Shown here one piece after another: positions 8,135 to 19,907 of a DNA stretch of 64,000 bases. The notes under the pieces are model-generated. The model searched no databases and was not told the origin of the DNA. It saw only the letters and a list, made by a program, of their open reading frames with translations. A program made the position numbers and the translations under genes. This DNA comes from a candidate division WOR-1 bacterium RIFOXYB2_FULL_46_45 (GTDB lineage: Bacteria > Margulisbacteria > WOR-1 > XYC2-FULL-46-14): contig MEUE01000001.1 of NCBI GenBank assembly GCA_001771585.1, positions 21,062 to 85,061 on the forward strand. Direction: 5' to 3'. The number at the start of each line of letters is the position of its first letter. Position 1 is the first letter of the stretch.

Positions 8135-10121
8135 GGTCAGCGCCCTGGCCAAAGAACTTGGCAAGACCAGCAAGGAATTGCTTGCGATCCTTAAAGATTT
8201 AGGGATCCCGGCCAAAACCCACGCCAGCACCATCGAAGAAGAATCTGTCAAAATAGTTAAAGAATTATTGGAACCAAAAAAGGTTGCCTCTCCCGTTCCG
8301 GTTCATCCCGTTCCCGTTCCGCCTCCACCTCTTCCTATTCCTACTCCTCCTATGCCTACGCCTATGCCTATGCCTATGCCTTCTCCCCCTCCCCAGGTTA
8401 AGTCGATTAAGATAAAGGGTGAGGGTATAATCGTCAAGGACCTTGCCGACCTCTTAAAAATAAAGACGACCGATGTCATCAAAGAGCTGATGAAGAAGGG
8501 GTTCCTATTAAACATTAACCAATCGCTAAACGCCGAAGTGGCCAAACAGGTGGCGGAGCAATTCGGTTTTACCGTTGAGGTTGTTATGCGGGAAGAGAAG
8601 AAGCACGAAGTCCTTTTGTCCGACCTGCACGAATTAAAAACGCGTCCTCCGGTGGTAACGATTATGGGACATGTCGACCACGGAAAAACAAAACTACTCG
8701 ATGCGATCCGCGCAACCAAAGTCGCCGAGTCCGAAGCGGGGGGGATCACCCAGCACATCGGCGCATATCAAGTTGAAATCAAGGGGAAGAAAATTACTTT
8801 CCTCGATACCCCCGGCCACGAGGCCTTTACCGCTCTGCGTGCCAGGGGAGCCAAAGCTACCGATATCGCGGTCTTAGTCGTGGCGGCCGATGATGGGGTG
8901 ATGCCGCAGACGATCGAAGCGATCGACCACGCCAAAGCGGCGGGGGTCCCAATCATTGTGGCCATAAATAAAGTAGATAAGCCGGATTCCAATCCGGATA
9001 AAGTTAAACAACAATTGACCGAACACAAATTGGTTTCGGAGGATTGGGGGGGAGACACTATCATGCTCCCGGTTTCCGCCAAAAATAAGACCGGGATAGA
9101 CGAACTGCTGGAGATGATCCTTCTGGTGGCCGAAGTCCAGGAACTGAAAGCCAATCCGGGAGTTCCGGCAACCGGAGTCGTTATCGAATCAAAATTAGAC
9201 AAGGGGAGAGGGCCGGTCGCGACAATATTGATAAAGAACGGGACCCTGAAGGTTGGCGACGCTTTTGTCGCCGGCAAGGCCTACGGGAAAATTCGGGCCC
9301 TGATCAATAGCTTCGGAAAACGGGTCAATAAGGGCTTTCCCTCTTCTCCCGTGGAAATCCTGGGAGCATCGATTGTTCCCCAGCCGGGAGAACTTTTTGA
9401 AGTAGTCGCGGATGACAAGGTTGCCCGTCAGACGGCGGAAGATAATCTTGCCAGCCAAAAATTTTCACAGCACGGGGCGCAGACGCTTGAAAGCTTCAGC
9501 CAAAAAATAAAAGAAGGGGAAAGGAACGACCTTAAGATAGTACTAAAAGCGGATGTGCAGGGATCGCTCGAAGCGATCGCGCAGTCCCTCCAAACTCTTG
9601 AAGTTAACATTATCCACGCTCAGGTGGGAGAAATTTCCGAAAGCGATGTCCTGCTGGCGGAAGCGTCAAACGCGATCATCATCGGGTTTAACACTCTGGT
9701 TTCATCAAGAGCCCGCGAAATCGCCCGGACCGAAGGGGTTAATATCCGTCTTTATAATATTATTTATAAGGTAATAGACGACGTCAAAAAGGCGATGGAG
9801 GGCTTGCTGGCGATAGAGTATGAGGAAGTCGTGATCGGCAAGGGAGAAGTTCGGAACACCTTTAAATATTCAAAAGTCGGCGTAATCGCCGGTTGTTTTG
9901 TCCTTTCCGGAAAAATTGTGCGGGGCGCCGGTTTAAGAGTATTCCGCGATTCCAAGCTTATTTACGAAGGAAAAGTTGAAAACCTAAAAAGATTTAAAGA
10001 TGACGTAAAAGAGGTCCTGGAGGGCTTTGAATGCGGGGTTTCGATAAACGGCTACGAAGATTTCAAAGAAAAAGACCAGCTGGAAATTTTCGAAATGAGG
10101 GAAAAAGGAAAGAGTGAATAA
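8100..10121 (+). CDS. infB: Translation initiation factor IF-2
   Basis: The N-domain reads LRVSALAKELGKTSKELL. G-domain motifs are GHVDHGKTKLLD, DTPGH and NKVD. The 673-aa gene overlaps the nusA 3' end by 35 nt in another frame. Confidence 0.95.
   Translation: MAKKAPTKKTLRVSALAKELGKTSKELLAILKDLGIPAKTHASTIEEESVKIVKELLEPKKVASPVPVHPVPVPPPPLPIPTPPMPTPMPMPMPSPPPQVKSIKIKGEGIIVKDLADLLKIKTTDVIKELMKKGFLLNINQSLNAEVAKQVAEQFGFTVEVVMREEKKHEVLLSDLHELKTRPPVVTIMGHVDHGKTKLLDAIRATKVAESEAGGITQHIGAYQVEIKGKKITFLDTPGHEAFTALRARGAKATDIAVLVVAADDGVMPQTIEAIDHAKAAGVPIIVAINKVDKPDSNPDKVKQQLTEHKLVSEDWGGDTIMLPVSAKNKTGIDELLEMILLVAEVQELKANPGVPATGVVIESKLDKGRGPVATILIKNGTLKVGDAFVAGKAYGKIRALINSFGKRVNKGFPSSPVEILGASIVPQPGELFEVVADDKVARQTAEDNLASQKFSQHGAQTLESFSQKIKEGERNDLKIVLKADVQGSLEAIAQSLQTLEVNIIHAQVGEISESDVLLAEASNAIIIGFNTLVSSRAREIARTEGVNIRLYNIIYKVIDDVKKAMEGLLAIEYEEVVIGKGEVRNTFKYSKVGVIAGCFVLSGKIVRGAGLRVFRDSKLIYEGKVENLKRFKDDVKEVLEGFECGVSINGYEDFKEKDQLEIFEMREKGKSE
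8290..8400 (+). repeat. Proline-rich tandem repeat (PVP / PMPTPMPMPMP) encoding the IF-2 inter-domain linker
   Basis: ccgttcccgttccg and cctatgcctacgcctatgcctatgcctatgcct are directly repeated 6-9-nt units. Confidence 0.7.
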
Positions 10122-10524
10122 CCGGGAAAAAAGGATCGGCGAGCTTATTAAGGAAAAGATCAGCACGCTTTTGAGGGAAAAAGTTGCCGATCCCCGGATC
10201 GGGTTTGTTTCCATCATCGATGTGGAAGTCGCTCCCGATTTAAAATCGGCAAAAGTATTCATCAGTATTTTTGGCACGGAAAAGGCCCAAAAAGAGAGCA
10301 TGGCAGGGCTCTTAAGCGCCAAGGGGTTCATCCAGGGCGAAGTCGGGCGCACCCTTGATCTTCGCTATACTCCTGTCTTAACTTTTATCGCGGATAAGAC
10401 GATGGAAAGGGCCAGCCGGATCATGGCGATCATGAACCGGTTGGAAAAAGAGGCGGTTGAGAGCCGCAAGGCAAGCAATGAAAAGCATCTACGACCAAAT
10501 AAAAGATCTCGTAATTTTAAGTAA
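10114..10524 (+). CDS. rbfA: Ribosome-binding factor A
   Basis: MNNREKRIGELIKEKISTLL...DPRIGFVSIIDVEV is the RbfA family. The gene overlaps the infB stop by 8 nt. Confidence 0.9.
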   Translation: MNNREKRIGELIKEKISTLLREKVADPRIGFVSIIDVEVAPDLKSAKVFISIFGTEKAQKESMAGLLSAKGFIQGEVGRTLDLRYTPVLTFIADKTMERASRIMAIMNRLEKEAVESRKASNEKHLRPNKRSRNFK

Positions 10525-11424
10525 GACCATTTTAATTGCCGGACACATCGATCCCGACGGCGATACTTTGGGATCGATGGTCGCGCTCAAGATTATTCTT
10601 GAAAAGCTCGGCAAATCGGCAGAAATGTTTTCCCAAGACGGTGTCCCCGAAAATTATCTTTTTCTTCCCCGGTCGGCAGAGATCAAAAAAGCTCCCTTGT
10701 TAAAAGAATATGACCTTCTGATAACGGTCGATGCCTCGGACCTGACCAGAGTAGGCGATTTAAAGGTTAAAGCTAAAAAAATTATCAATATCGACCACCA
10801 TGCCGACAATTCTAATTTCGGTGATATTAATTGTGTTGAACTGCTCTCATCCGTCGCCGAGCAAATTTACAAACTGGCGAAAGAGTTTAATGTAGAGATC
10901 ACCGAAGAGATTGCCCAGGGGCTTTATGTTTCGATCATAACCGATACCGGAAACTTTAGATATTCAAATACTCTCCCCAGTACTTTTCATACCGTTTGCG
11001 CCCTGGTCGGCAGCGGAGTTATTCCTTGGCAGATCGCGTCAAATGTGTACGACAACCGGACAATCCCAAGCATGAAGGTTTTGGCGTATGCGTTGGAAAA
11101 GATCAAGACGGCGAAAAACGGGCGTTTGATCTGGTCAACCGTTTCTCTTTCCGCCATAAAAAAGAAAAAGGCCAATCATGAGGACTTGATCAGTGTGATC
11201 GACTATTTGAGGTCGGTTAAAGGGATTGAGATCGCGGTTTTTATAAGGGAAGAAGAGAAAAATAAAATCAAGGTCAACTTCCGTTCAAGGGGAAGGGCCA
11301 ATGTCTCCAAAATTGCAAGAGAGCTGGGAGGTGGGGGACACATCCAGGCGGCCGGGACCACTCTCAAGATGCCGATAGCCAAAGCGGAAAAAAAGGTTAT
11401 TAAAACGGTCCTCAAATACCTCTA

Positions 11425-11425
<1 letters not shown>
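10478..11425 (+). CDS. DHH-family phosphoesterase (NrnA-like oligoribonuclease / pAp phosphatase)
   Basis: DHH motifs are HIDPDGDTLGS and NIDHHADN. The rbfA-DHH-truB order is conserved. The ATG chosen at 10478 is tentative; the ORF track starts at 10457. Confidence 0.75.
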
Positions 11426-14086
<2,661 letters not shown>

Positions 14087-14094
14087 ATTTCTTA

Positions 14095-14300
14095 AGGCGT
14101 AGGCACAGGCATAGGCAAAGGTAAGGCATAGGAAAGGAAGAGAGAAATTGGGTATGGATGCGGGCTTGAAAGTAGAAGGGGATAATAGAAGTTAGATCCA
14201 ATCTCCAAACCAATTTCCATTTTCAAACTAGCTTCAATTCCCAAACCCTTATTCCTTTCACTCCTTTACCTTCCTACGCCTGCGCCTATGCCTGCGCCTT
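14095..14300. repeat. Long imperfect inverted repeat built of YAGGCR hexamers (arms about 14095-14147 and 14252-14300)
   Basis: The left arm is aaggcgtaggcacaggcataggcaaaggtaaggcataggaaaggaa. The reverse complement of the right arm is aaggcgcaggcataggcgcaggcgtaggaaggtaaaggagtgaaaggaa. It lies between convergent ligA and pgi. Confidence 0.7.
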
Positions 14301-14324
14301 GTTTTGTAAGGGGGAGATTATAGT

Positions 14325-14340
14325 GGGGGTAGCTACCCCC
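14325..14340. repeat. Perfect 16-bp palindrome GGGGGTAGCTACCCCC
   Basis: The sequence is self-complementary and lies 35 nt downstream of the pgi (minus-strand) stop codon. Confidence 0.8.
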
Positions 14341-14374
14341 GCAAAAAGGCCTCCAGCGTGGCACATCCGATTAA

Positions 14375-15820
14375 TTATACCGCTGCTCTAAATTGTAAAT
14401 TTGCACCATCATCTTGTTCTGTTGCAGGATTTTTAAGTAGAGCCATTGCAGCATTTTTATAGGCAACTACTCCCGGTTGGATAAATGGATTTTGAACTTT
14501 TGTAGCTAATGATGAAAGAGCGGCAACATTTCTTTCCAATTGATACCATTTTGCCATTACATATTCAGATAATTCGGGAAGCAAATAGCTCATTGTTGGA
14601 ACGCCGCCTTGATAATGTGCGCTTTCAAGCCCATCTATAAATGCGTTGTTTACAAGATGCAGTGACTTACCATCGACAAATTCAACAGGGGTTCCTTTCG
14701 CCGGAATGAGGACGTCAACTCCCGGATCTTCAACCTTTAAGAATGTTTCAATAAAAATTCTTGGTCCTTCTTGAATCATTTGTCCATTGGCGTGCGCCAT
14801 CTCTGTGTAAAGTTCAGGGGTAACCCAAAGTCCCAGTCCTTTTTTCCCTTCTGTTTCGGGAAAAACCTGTTGTGCTTCTTTGGCTGCCGCCCATAAATCC
14901 TGCATGCCGGTTGCGTACACTTCGATTGCTTTACCCCAGTTCGTCATTGCAACCGCGCGCATTGTGGCACGAAGAAAAGCGGGATTGCTTTCCAGTGAAT
15001 TATTTCTGGTTGCTTCTTCACCATCTTTTGCTCCAGCGACAAAACTTATAATATCTAATCCTCCCAGCGCTAAAACAAATAATCCGGCGTCTGTCAGCAC
15101 GGAATACCTGCCTCCAATATTATCCGGAACCACAAAACGTTTTAATCCCAATTTATTGGCGAATTCCAAAAGAGCTCCTTTTGATTTGTCGGTCAATGCC
15201 ACAATTCTTGATGCTATTTCTTCCGCGGAGTAACTTTCATCCATTGCCGCCTTTATTATTGCAAAAGCAATTGCCGGTTCCATGGTTGTTCCGGATTTTG
15301 AATAGACAGAGCCGGCGACTTGTCTTCCTTTCATAAGTTGAAGCTGTCTAGCCATCGCACGGGGATCCATATTGTTGCCAATGAACCAAAGCCTTGGTCC
15401 GCCTCTTTCTTCTCTGCTCATTGCATTCGTTTGTTCCAGGTTTCCTTTTACCGCCTCGATCATTGCTCTTCCGCCAAGATATGATCCTCCAATACCATCC
15501 ATCCAAATGTCATCCGAAATTTCCCTTAACGCATTTGCTGCTGCTGTAATGTCCCTGAGTTCCGCTTCGGATCTGTAAGGGGCTTCTCTTTTCCATCCAA
15601 CCATTGGGATACCACCATCTTGTATATTGGGATCAGCATTATCGTTTAATAACTTGTCTTGAAATCGCGGCATTTCATCCGCTATTTTTTTAAAAGCGGT
15701 GTCTTCTGTAATATGTGATCCAGGGGATCCAAATCGACGGTAATCTAACACAATTTTTGTTTTACTTATTGGGCCGCCCGTTCGAGCAATAACTCCTGCC
15801 GGTATACGTAATCCCGCCAT
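14375..15820 (-). CDS. pgi: Glucose-6-phosphate isomerase
   Basis: The PGI family signature DNIGGRYSVLTDAGL is present in the 481-aa product. Confidence 0.85.
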   Translation of the reverse strand: MAGLRIPAGVIARTGGPISKTKIVLDYRRFGSPGSHITEDTAFKKIADEMPRFQDKLLNDNADPNIQDGGIPMVGWKREAPYRSEAELRDITAAANALREISDDIWMDGIGGSYLGGRAMIEAVKGNLEQTNAMSREERGGPRLWFIGNNMDPRAMARQLQLMKGRQVAGSVYSKSGTTMEPAIAFAIIKAAMDESYSAEEIASRIVALTDKSKGALLEFANKLGLKRFVVPDNIGGRYSVLTDAGLFVLALGGLDIISFVAGAKDGEEATRNNSLESNPAFLRATMRAVAMTNWGKAIEVYATGMQDLWAAAKEAQQVFPETEGKKGLGLWVTPELYTEMAHANGQMIQEGPRIFIETFLKVEDPGVDVLIPAKGTPVEFVDGKSLHLVNNAFIDGLESAHYQGGVPTMSYLLPELSEYVMAKWYQLERNVAALSSLATKVQNPFIQPGVVAYKNAAMALLKNPATEQDDGANLQFRAAV

Positions 15821-15875
15821 TTTCTTTTCCTCCTGTTTTAATTATTCGAAACCCAATTATAACATTTTACTGCGA

Positions 15876-17504
15876 TTAGCCAAAAATCAACCGAGGGGCT
15901 TCTTCAAAAATCTTATTCCAAAGCGCTTCCCCTCCAAAGCTTTCTATATAAAGCTTCATTTTGGGTTCCGTTCCCGACGGCCTTAACGCAAACCAGGAAC
16001 CATCGGCCAATACCACTTTTACTCCGCCAATTGATGCCCCATTTCCCGGAGCGGTAGTCATAATATTGGCAATCCCCAATCCGGCCAAAGTTGTTGCAGT
16101 TATAGAAGACGGTTGAAGCGCTTTTAGTATCTTTTTCTGCTCATCGGTGATTGGCCCGTCCGCTCTTTTATAAAACGGCTCCCCGTATTGCGGGACAAGA
16201 ATTTGCCGATAAATTTCTCCCGGAGTTTTACCCGTCTTGGCCAATATTTCGGCCGACAGAAGAGTCAGCGCAAAGCCGTCTTTATCGGTTGTCCAGGTTG
16301 TTCCATCCATGCGCAAAAACGATGCTCCGGCGCTCTCTTCTCCTCCAAAAGCGACCGAACCGTCGAGCAATCCTTGAACAAACCACTTGAAACCGACCGG
16401 TACTTCATAAAGTTGTTTACCAAGTCCTGCAACAACTTTGTCGATCATGCTGCTGCTAACCAATGTCTTGCCAATTTTTACGTTAGCACTCCATCCCGGG
16501 CGGTTTTGCAGTAAATACCAGATTGCGACCGATAAATAGTGGTTCGGGTTCATAAGGCCGTCCGGACGGCAAACAATTCCATGCCGATCAAAATCGGTGT
16601 CATTGCCCCACGCTATATCGTATTTTGAAGCCAGACCGATCAAACTTGCCATGGCATAAGGAGAAGAGCAATCCATTCTGATTGTTCCGTCCGAATCCAA
16701 AGTCATAAAACCAAAAGTCGGATCGACATAGGGATTAACTATTTCAAGGTTTTGTAAGCCGTACCTTTCAGCAATCGGTGCCCAAAAATGGACTCCCGAT
16801 CCGCCCATCGGATCAACCCCGATTTTTATTCCGGATTGACGAATAGCTTCCATATCTACCACAGTTGCAAGGCCTTCAACAAAAGGAGAGATAAAATCTC
16901 TTTCGGTAACCATTTGACGGCTTGTATCATAAAACGTTTTAGCAATTGCGGGCGTTAACGAAAAGGGATCCATTATGCGATTAGCTCTGTTCTCAATCCA
17001 TTTGGTCGCGTCTACATCCGCCGGTCCGCCGTGGGGAGGATTATATTTAAAGCCGCCATCTTGAGGCCCATTATGTGAGGGGGTAATTATTATCCCATCC
17101 GCCAGCTGTTCTGTTCTTCCTTTATTATGTCCCAGAATAAGATGCGATATTACCGGAGTAGGGGTGTATTCATCTCCTTTATGCACAACAACCTCAACCC
17201 CATTTGCCACCAATACTTCAATAGCGGTCCTAAAAGCCGGCTCCGATAGGGCATGAGTATCAAAACCGATAAAAAGAGGCCCGGTTATATTTTGTCCTTT
17301 TCTGTATTCACAGATTGCCTGGGTTGTCGCGGCAATATGTAATTCATTAAAGGTCCCTTTTAAGGATGACCCTCTGTGACCCGATGTCCCAAACTCAACT
17401 TTTCCAAGCTGTCCTTGCGGAGCATAATATGAAGAAACCAATCTCGGAACATTTACCAGCATTTCCCTCGGAGCCCTTTGTCCTGCCAACGCGTGTACTG
17501 CCAT
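15876..17504 (-). CDS. pgm: Phosphoglucomutase (alpha-D-glucose phosphate-specific)
   Basis: The N-terminus FGTSGHRGSSLKGTFN aligns with E. coli Pgm. The catalytic Ser motif is TPSHNGPQDGGFKYN. The protein is 542 aa. Confidence 0.9.
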   Translation of the reverse strand: MAVHALAGQRAPREMLVNVPRLVSSYYAPQGQLGKVEFGTSGHRGSSLKGTFNELHIAATTQAICEYRKGQNITGPLFIGFDTHALSEPAFRTAIEVLVANGVEVVVHKGDEYTPTPVISHLILGHNKGRTEQLADGIIITPSHNGPQDGGFKYNPPHGGPADVDATKWIENRANRIMDPFSLTPAIAKTFYDTSRQMVTERDFISPFVEGLATVVDMEAIRQSGIKIGVDPMGGSGVHFWAPIAERYGLQNLEIVNPYVDPTFGFMTLDSDGTIRMDCSSPYAMASLIGLASKYDIAWGNDTDFDRHGIVCRPDGLMNPNHYLSVAIWYLLQNRPGWSANVKIGKTLVSSSMIDKVVAGLGKQLYEVPVGFKWFVQGLLDGSVAFGGEESAGASFLRMDGTTWTTDKDGFALTLLSAEILAKTGKTPGEIYRQILVPQYGEPFYKRADGPITDEQKKILKALQPSSITATTLAGLGIANIMTTAPGNGASIGGVKVVLADGSWFALRPSGTEPKMKLYIESFGGEALWNKIFEEAPRLIFG

Positions 17505-17601
17505 TTTCTTTTCCTCCTTTTTCCTCCTTCGTCTTTCATGACTTCGGAGGATTTTTTAATTTCCTGAATTTATTTCGTACCCATTTTCAAAAAATTTCAT
17601 A

Positions 17602-18795
17602 CTATTTTGAACCCAAAAAAGAAAACAGGATATAGGCCAATGTTTGCGGATCAAAGGTCTTTTGGTCGCCCGAAAGCAGCTCTTCTCCGCATACCTCAAT
17701 CAAGGGATGCTCCCTGCTAATAATTTCTCCGTTAAAGTTGACAAAACGCAGGACGCTCTCCGGTGGAAAGAGGGTATTTCCAACCACCGCCGTCAAATAA
17801 CTGGAATCGTCGGCCTCGCCGCCGTTCAATCTTAAAACCCGCAATAATTCATCAACCATGTCGGAGGCCTTCATTCCTCTGGTTTCCGCGTCTTCGTACG
17901 AAGGGATTAAAAATACTTTTTGTGCGGAAGATTTCCTGATCGCTTCCGCCATCCCCTTGATGTGGAGGGTTGAAAAGATGCTCGTCCACAAGCTGCCGAT
18001 CGAATAAACCAAAAGATTCGCTTCTTCAATCGCTTTCCTGGCTCCCTCAAAAATTTGCGGTTCAACTTTTTGCCGGCTTCTAAAATCAATATGCCAGAGG
18101 TCACGGACGGGACCGTTGGCCGCTGCAGTGATAGTGTGCTGTCCTTTTATTGTTTGTCCATCATTCATTCGACCGGCCAAAGTAACATTTTCCAAAGTCG
18201 CCGGGATTATTTCTCCTTTAACCGACAACAGCTCACAATAGAAACTTATGGCCTCCGGAAGACTGTCGTTTAATAGATATAGTCCGGTTAAAAACAGATT
18301 GCCAACACTGGCACCCCTGGGATCAAATTTTTTCGCCGCTAATGTGCGGGAAGAATCAAAAGATCGTAATGCCGAGTTGAAGGCGTCCAGCCAGCAGTCA
18401 ACAAGGTTGCTTCCGGAATGCTTAACGGCGGTTATCAAAGAATGTGTTCCATCTATTAGGGTTTCCAATTCTTTTTCGGCTGTTTCCAAAGAGTACTCTT
18501 TAGGCAAACGATGTTTCATTAATGCCAACAATTCCTTGTGTCCTCCGGTTTCTGAATCGGAAAGATCAATTAGACGGCTCCGGAAATCTCCAATCCCGGG
18601 AATATTTTTAAACAAATCCCTTATTGCTCCCGTGCTTCCACCGTCATCCGCCGTATGAATAAGATAAGAGATATTGCTCGTATGTTTTGCCAATTCCATC
18701 GCCAGCGGTCGGCTTCCTGTTCCACCGGTAAAAAGGACTATCGGACTTTGGAATTGCGCCGCAATCTTTCTTCCTACTTCTATTCGATTTATCAT
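17602..18795 (-). CDS. YvcK/CofD-family protein (UPF0052, gluconeogenesis-factor-like)
   Basis: VLFTGGTGSRPL and TADDGGSTGAIRD match the YvcK/CofD family. The gene is co-oriented with pgm and pgi. Confidence 0.6.
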   Translation of the reverse strand: MINRIEVGRKIAAQFQSPIVLFTGGTGSRPLAMELAKHTSNISYLIHTADDGGSTGAIRDLFKNIPGIGDFRSRLIDLSDSETGGHKELLALMKHRLPKEYSLETAEKELETLIDGTHSLITAVKHSGSNLVDCWLDAFNSALRSFDSSRTLAAKKFDPRGASVGNLFLTGLYLLNDSLPEAISFYCELLSVKGEIIPATLENVTLAGRMNDGQTIKGQHTITAAANGPVRDLWHIDFRSRQKVEPQIFEGARKAIEEANLLVYSIGSLWTSIFSTLHIKGMAEAIRKSSAQKVFLIPSYEDAETRGMKASDMVDELLRVLRLNGGEADDSSYLTAVVGNTLFPPESVLRFVNFNGEIISREHPLIEVCGEELLSGDQKTFDPQTLAYILFSFLGSK

Positions 18796-18825
18796 TGCTA
18801 GTCTTATTTCGTACGTTTTCCGGTT

Positions 18826-18886
18826 AAAATTTCACTTTATTTCTTAATTTTGCTATAATTCAACCATATTCAGGAGGTAACAAAAT
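18826..18886 (+). promoter_or_regulatory. Divergent promoter region with a -10 TATAAT (18854-18859) and an SD AGGAGG for pfkA
   Basis: tgcTATAATtcaacc and cAGGAGGtaacaaaat-ATG are read directly. The same intergenic region must also drive the leftward yvcK-pgm-pgi unit. Confidence 0.4.
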
Positions 18887-19867
18887 ATGCCCAAAAACAA
18901 AATCGATACAATCGCGGTCTTAACCCCGGGAGGAGACGCGCCGGGGATGAACACCGCCATTCGCGCGGTGGTCCGGACTGCCATTTATCACAATCTAAGA
19001 ATTTTCGGGATCCAGAAAGGATGGTACGGCTTGACCACCGGCCAGATCGAAGAGTTAAATTTAAAATCAGTCGGCGGGATTATCAATAAAGGGGGAACGA
19101 TCCTCCATACCCACCGCTGTCCAGAATTTAAAGATTCCCGGGTGCGCCAAACCGGTTATAAAAACCTGGCCGAACATGGAATCGACGGGCTGGTCGTTAT
19201 CGGCGGCGACGGTTCGCTTGCCGCCGCTAACGTTGTCGCTAAAGAGACCGAATTAAACGTTGTTCATATCCCCGCCAGCATCGACAACGACATCAGCTTA
19301 ACCGATTATACGATCGGCTTTGACACCGCGGTCAATACCGCGCTCGATGCGATCGACAAGATCAGGGACACCGCCACCTCTCACGAGCGGGTCTTTGTGG
19401 TTGAAGTGATGGGAAGGAAACACGGCATCCTGGCGCTTGAAATCGGGCTGGTCAGCGGCGCGGAGTCAATTATTATTCCCGAAGTAAAATTTAATATTGC
19501 GAAGACCGCGGAAAAGATCAAAGAGGGGAGGGAGCGGGGAAAATCAAGTTTTATCATCGTGGTGGCCGAAGGGGCAATTTCTGCCATTGAATTCGCCAAA
19601 AAATTGAAAGGTAGAATCAAAAACATGGATATCAGGATCAGCGTTCTGGGGCATGTACAAAGGGGCGGCTCTCCAACCGCCATTTCACGAGAGCTGGCCT
19701 GTAAAATGGGAGCCAACGCGGTTGAAGCTCTGATTGAAGGTAAAAACTGTCTTATGATGGCAGCCAGGTCGGAGAATATCTGTCCGGTTCCGTTTAAGGA
19801 TGTTTTGAAACATAAGAAGACCGCCGATCTTAGCCAGTTGAAGCTGGCCGAGATGCTGGCGATTTAG
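18887..19867 (+). CDS. pfkA: 6-phosphofructokinase, ATP-dependent type
   Basis: IAVLTPGGDAPGMN, GGDGS and PASIDND are present. Gly is retained in GGDGS, unlike PPi-dependent enzymes. Confidence 0.88.
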   Translation: MPKNKIDTIAVLTPGGDAPGMNTAIRAVVRTAIYHNLRIFGIQKGWYGLTTGQIEELNLKSVGGIINKGGTILHTHRCPEFKDSRVRQTGYKNLAEHGIDGLVVIGGDGSLAAANVVAKETELNVVHIPASIDNDISLTDYTIGFDTAVNTALDAIDKIRDTATSHERVFVVEVMGRKHGILALEIGLVSGAESIIIPEVKFNIAKTAEKIKEGRERGKSSFIIVVAEGAISAIEFAKKLKGRIKNMDIRISVLGHVQRGGSPTAISRELACKMGANAVEALIEGKNCLMMAARSENICPVPFKDVLKHKKTADLSQLKLAEMLAI

Positions 19868-19907
19868 CACTGAAATTTTTTGCTATATATTTCGATAAAT
19901 ATGTAGC

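Noticed and set aside
8290-8400. Tandem repeats in infB as a possible CRISPR array or minisatellite
   Set aside because: The units are 6-9 nt, in-frame and encode the proline-rich IF-2 linker. There is no 25-40-nt repeat or spacer architecture.
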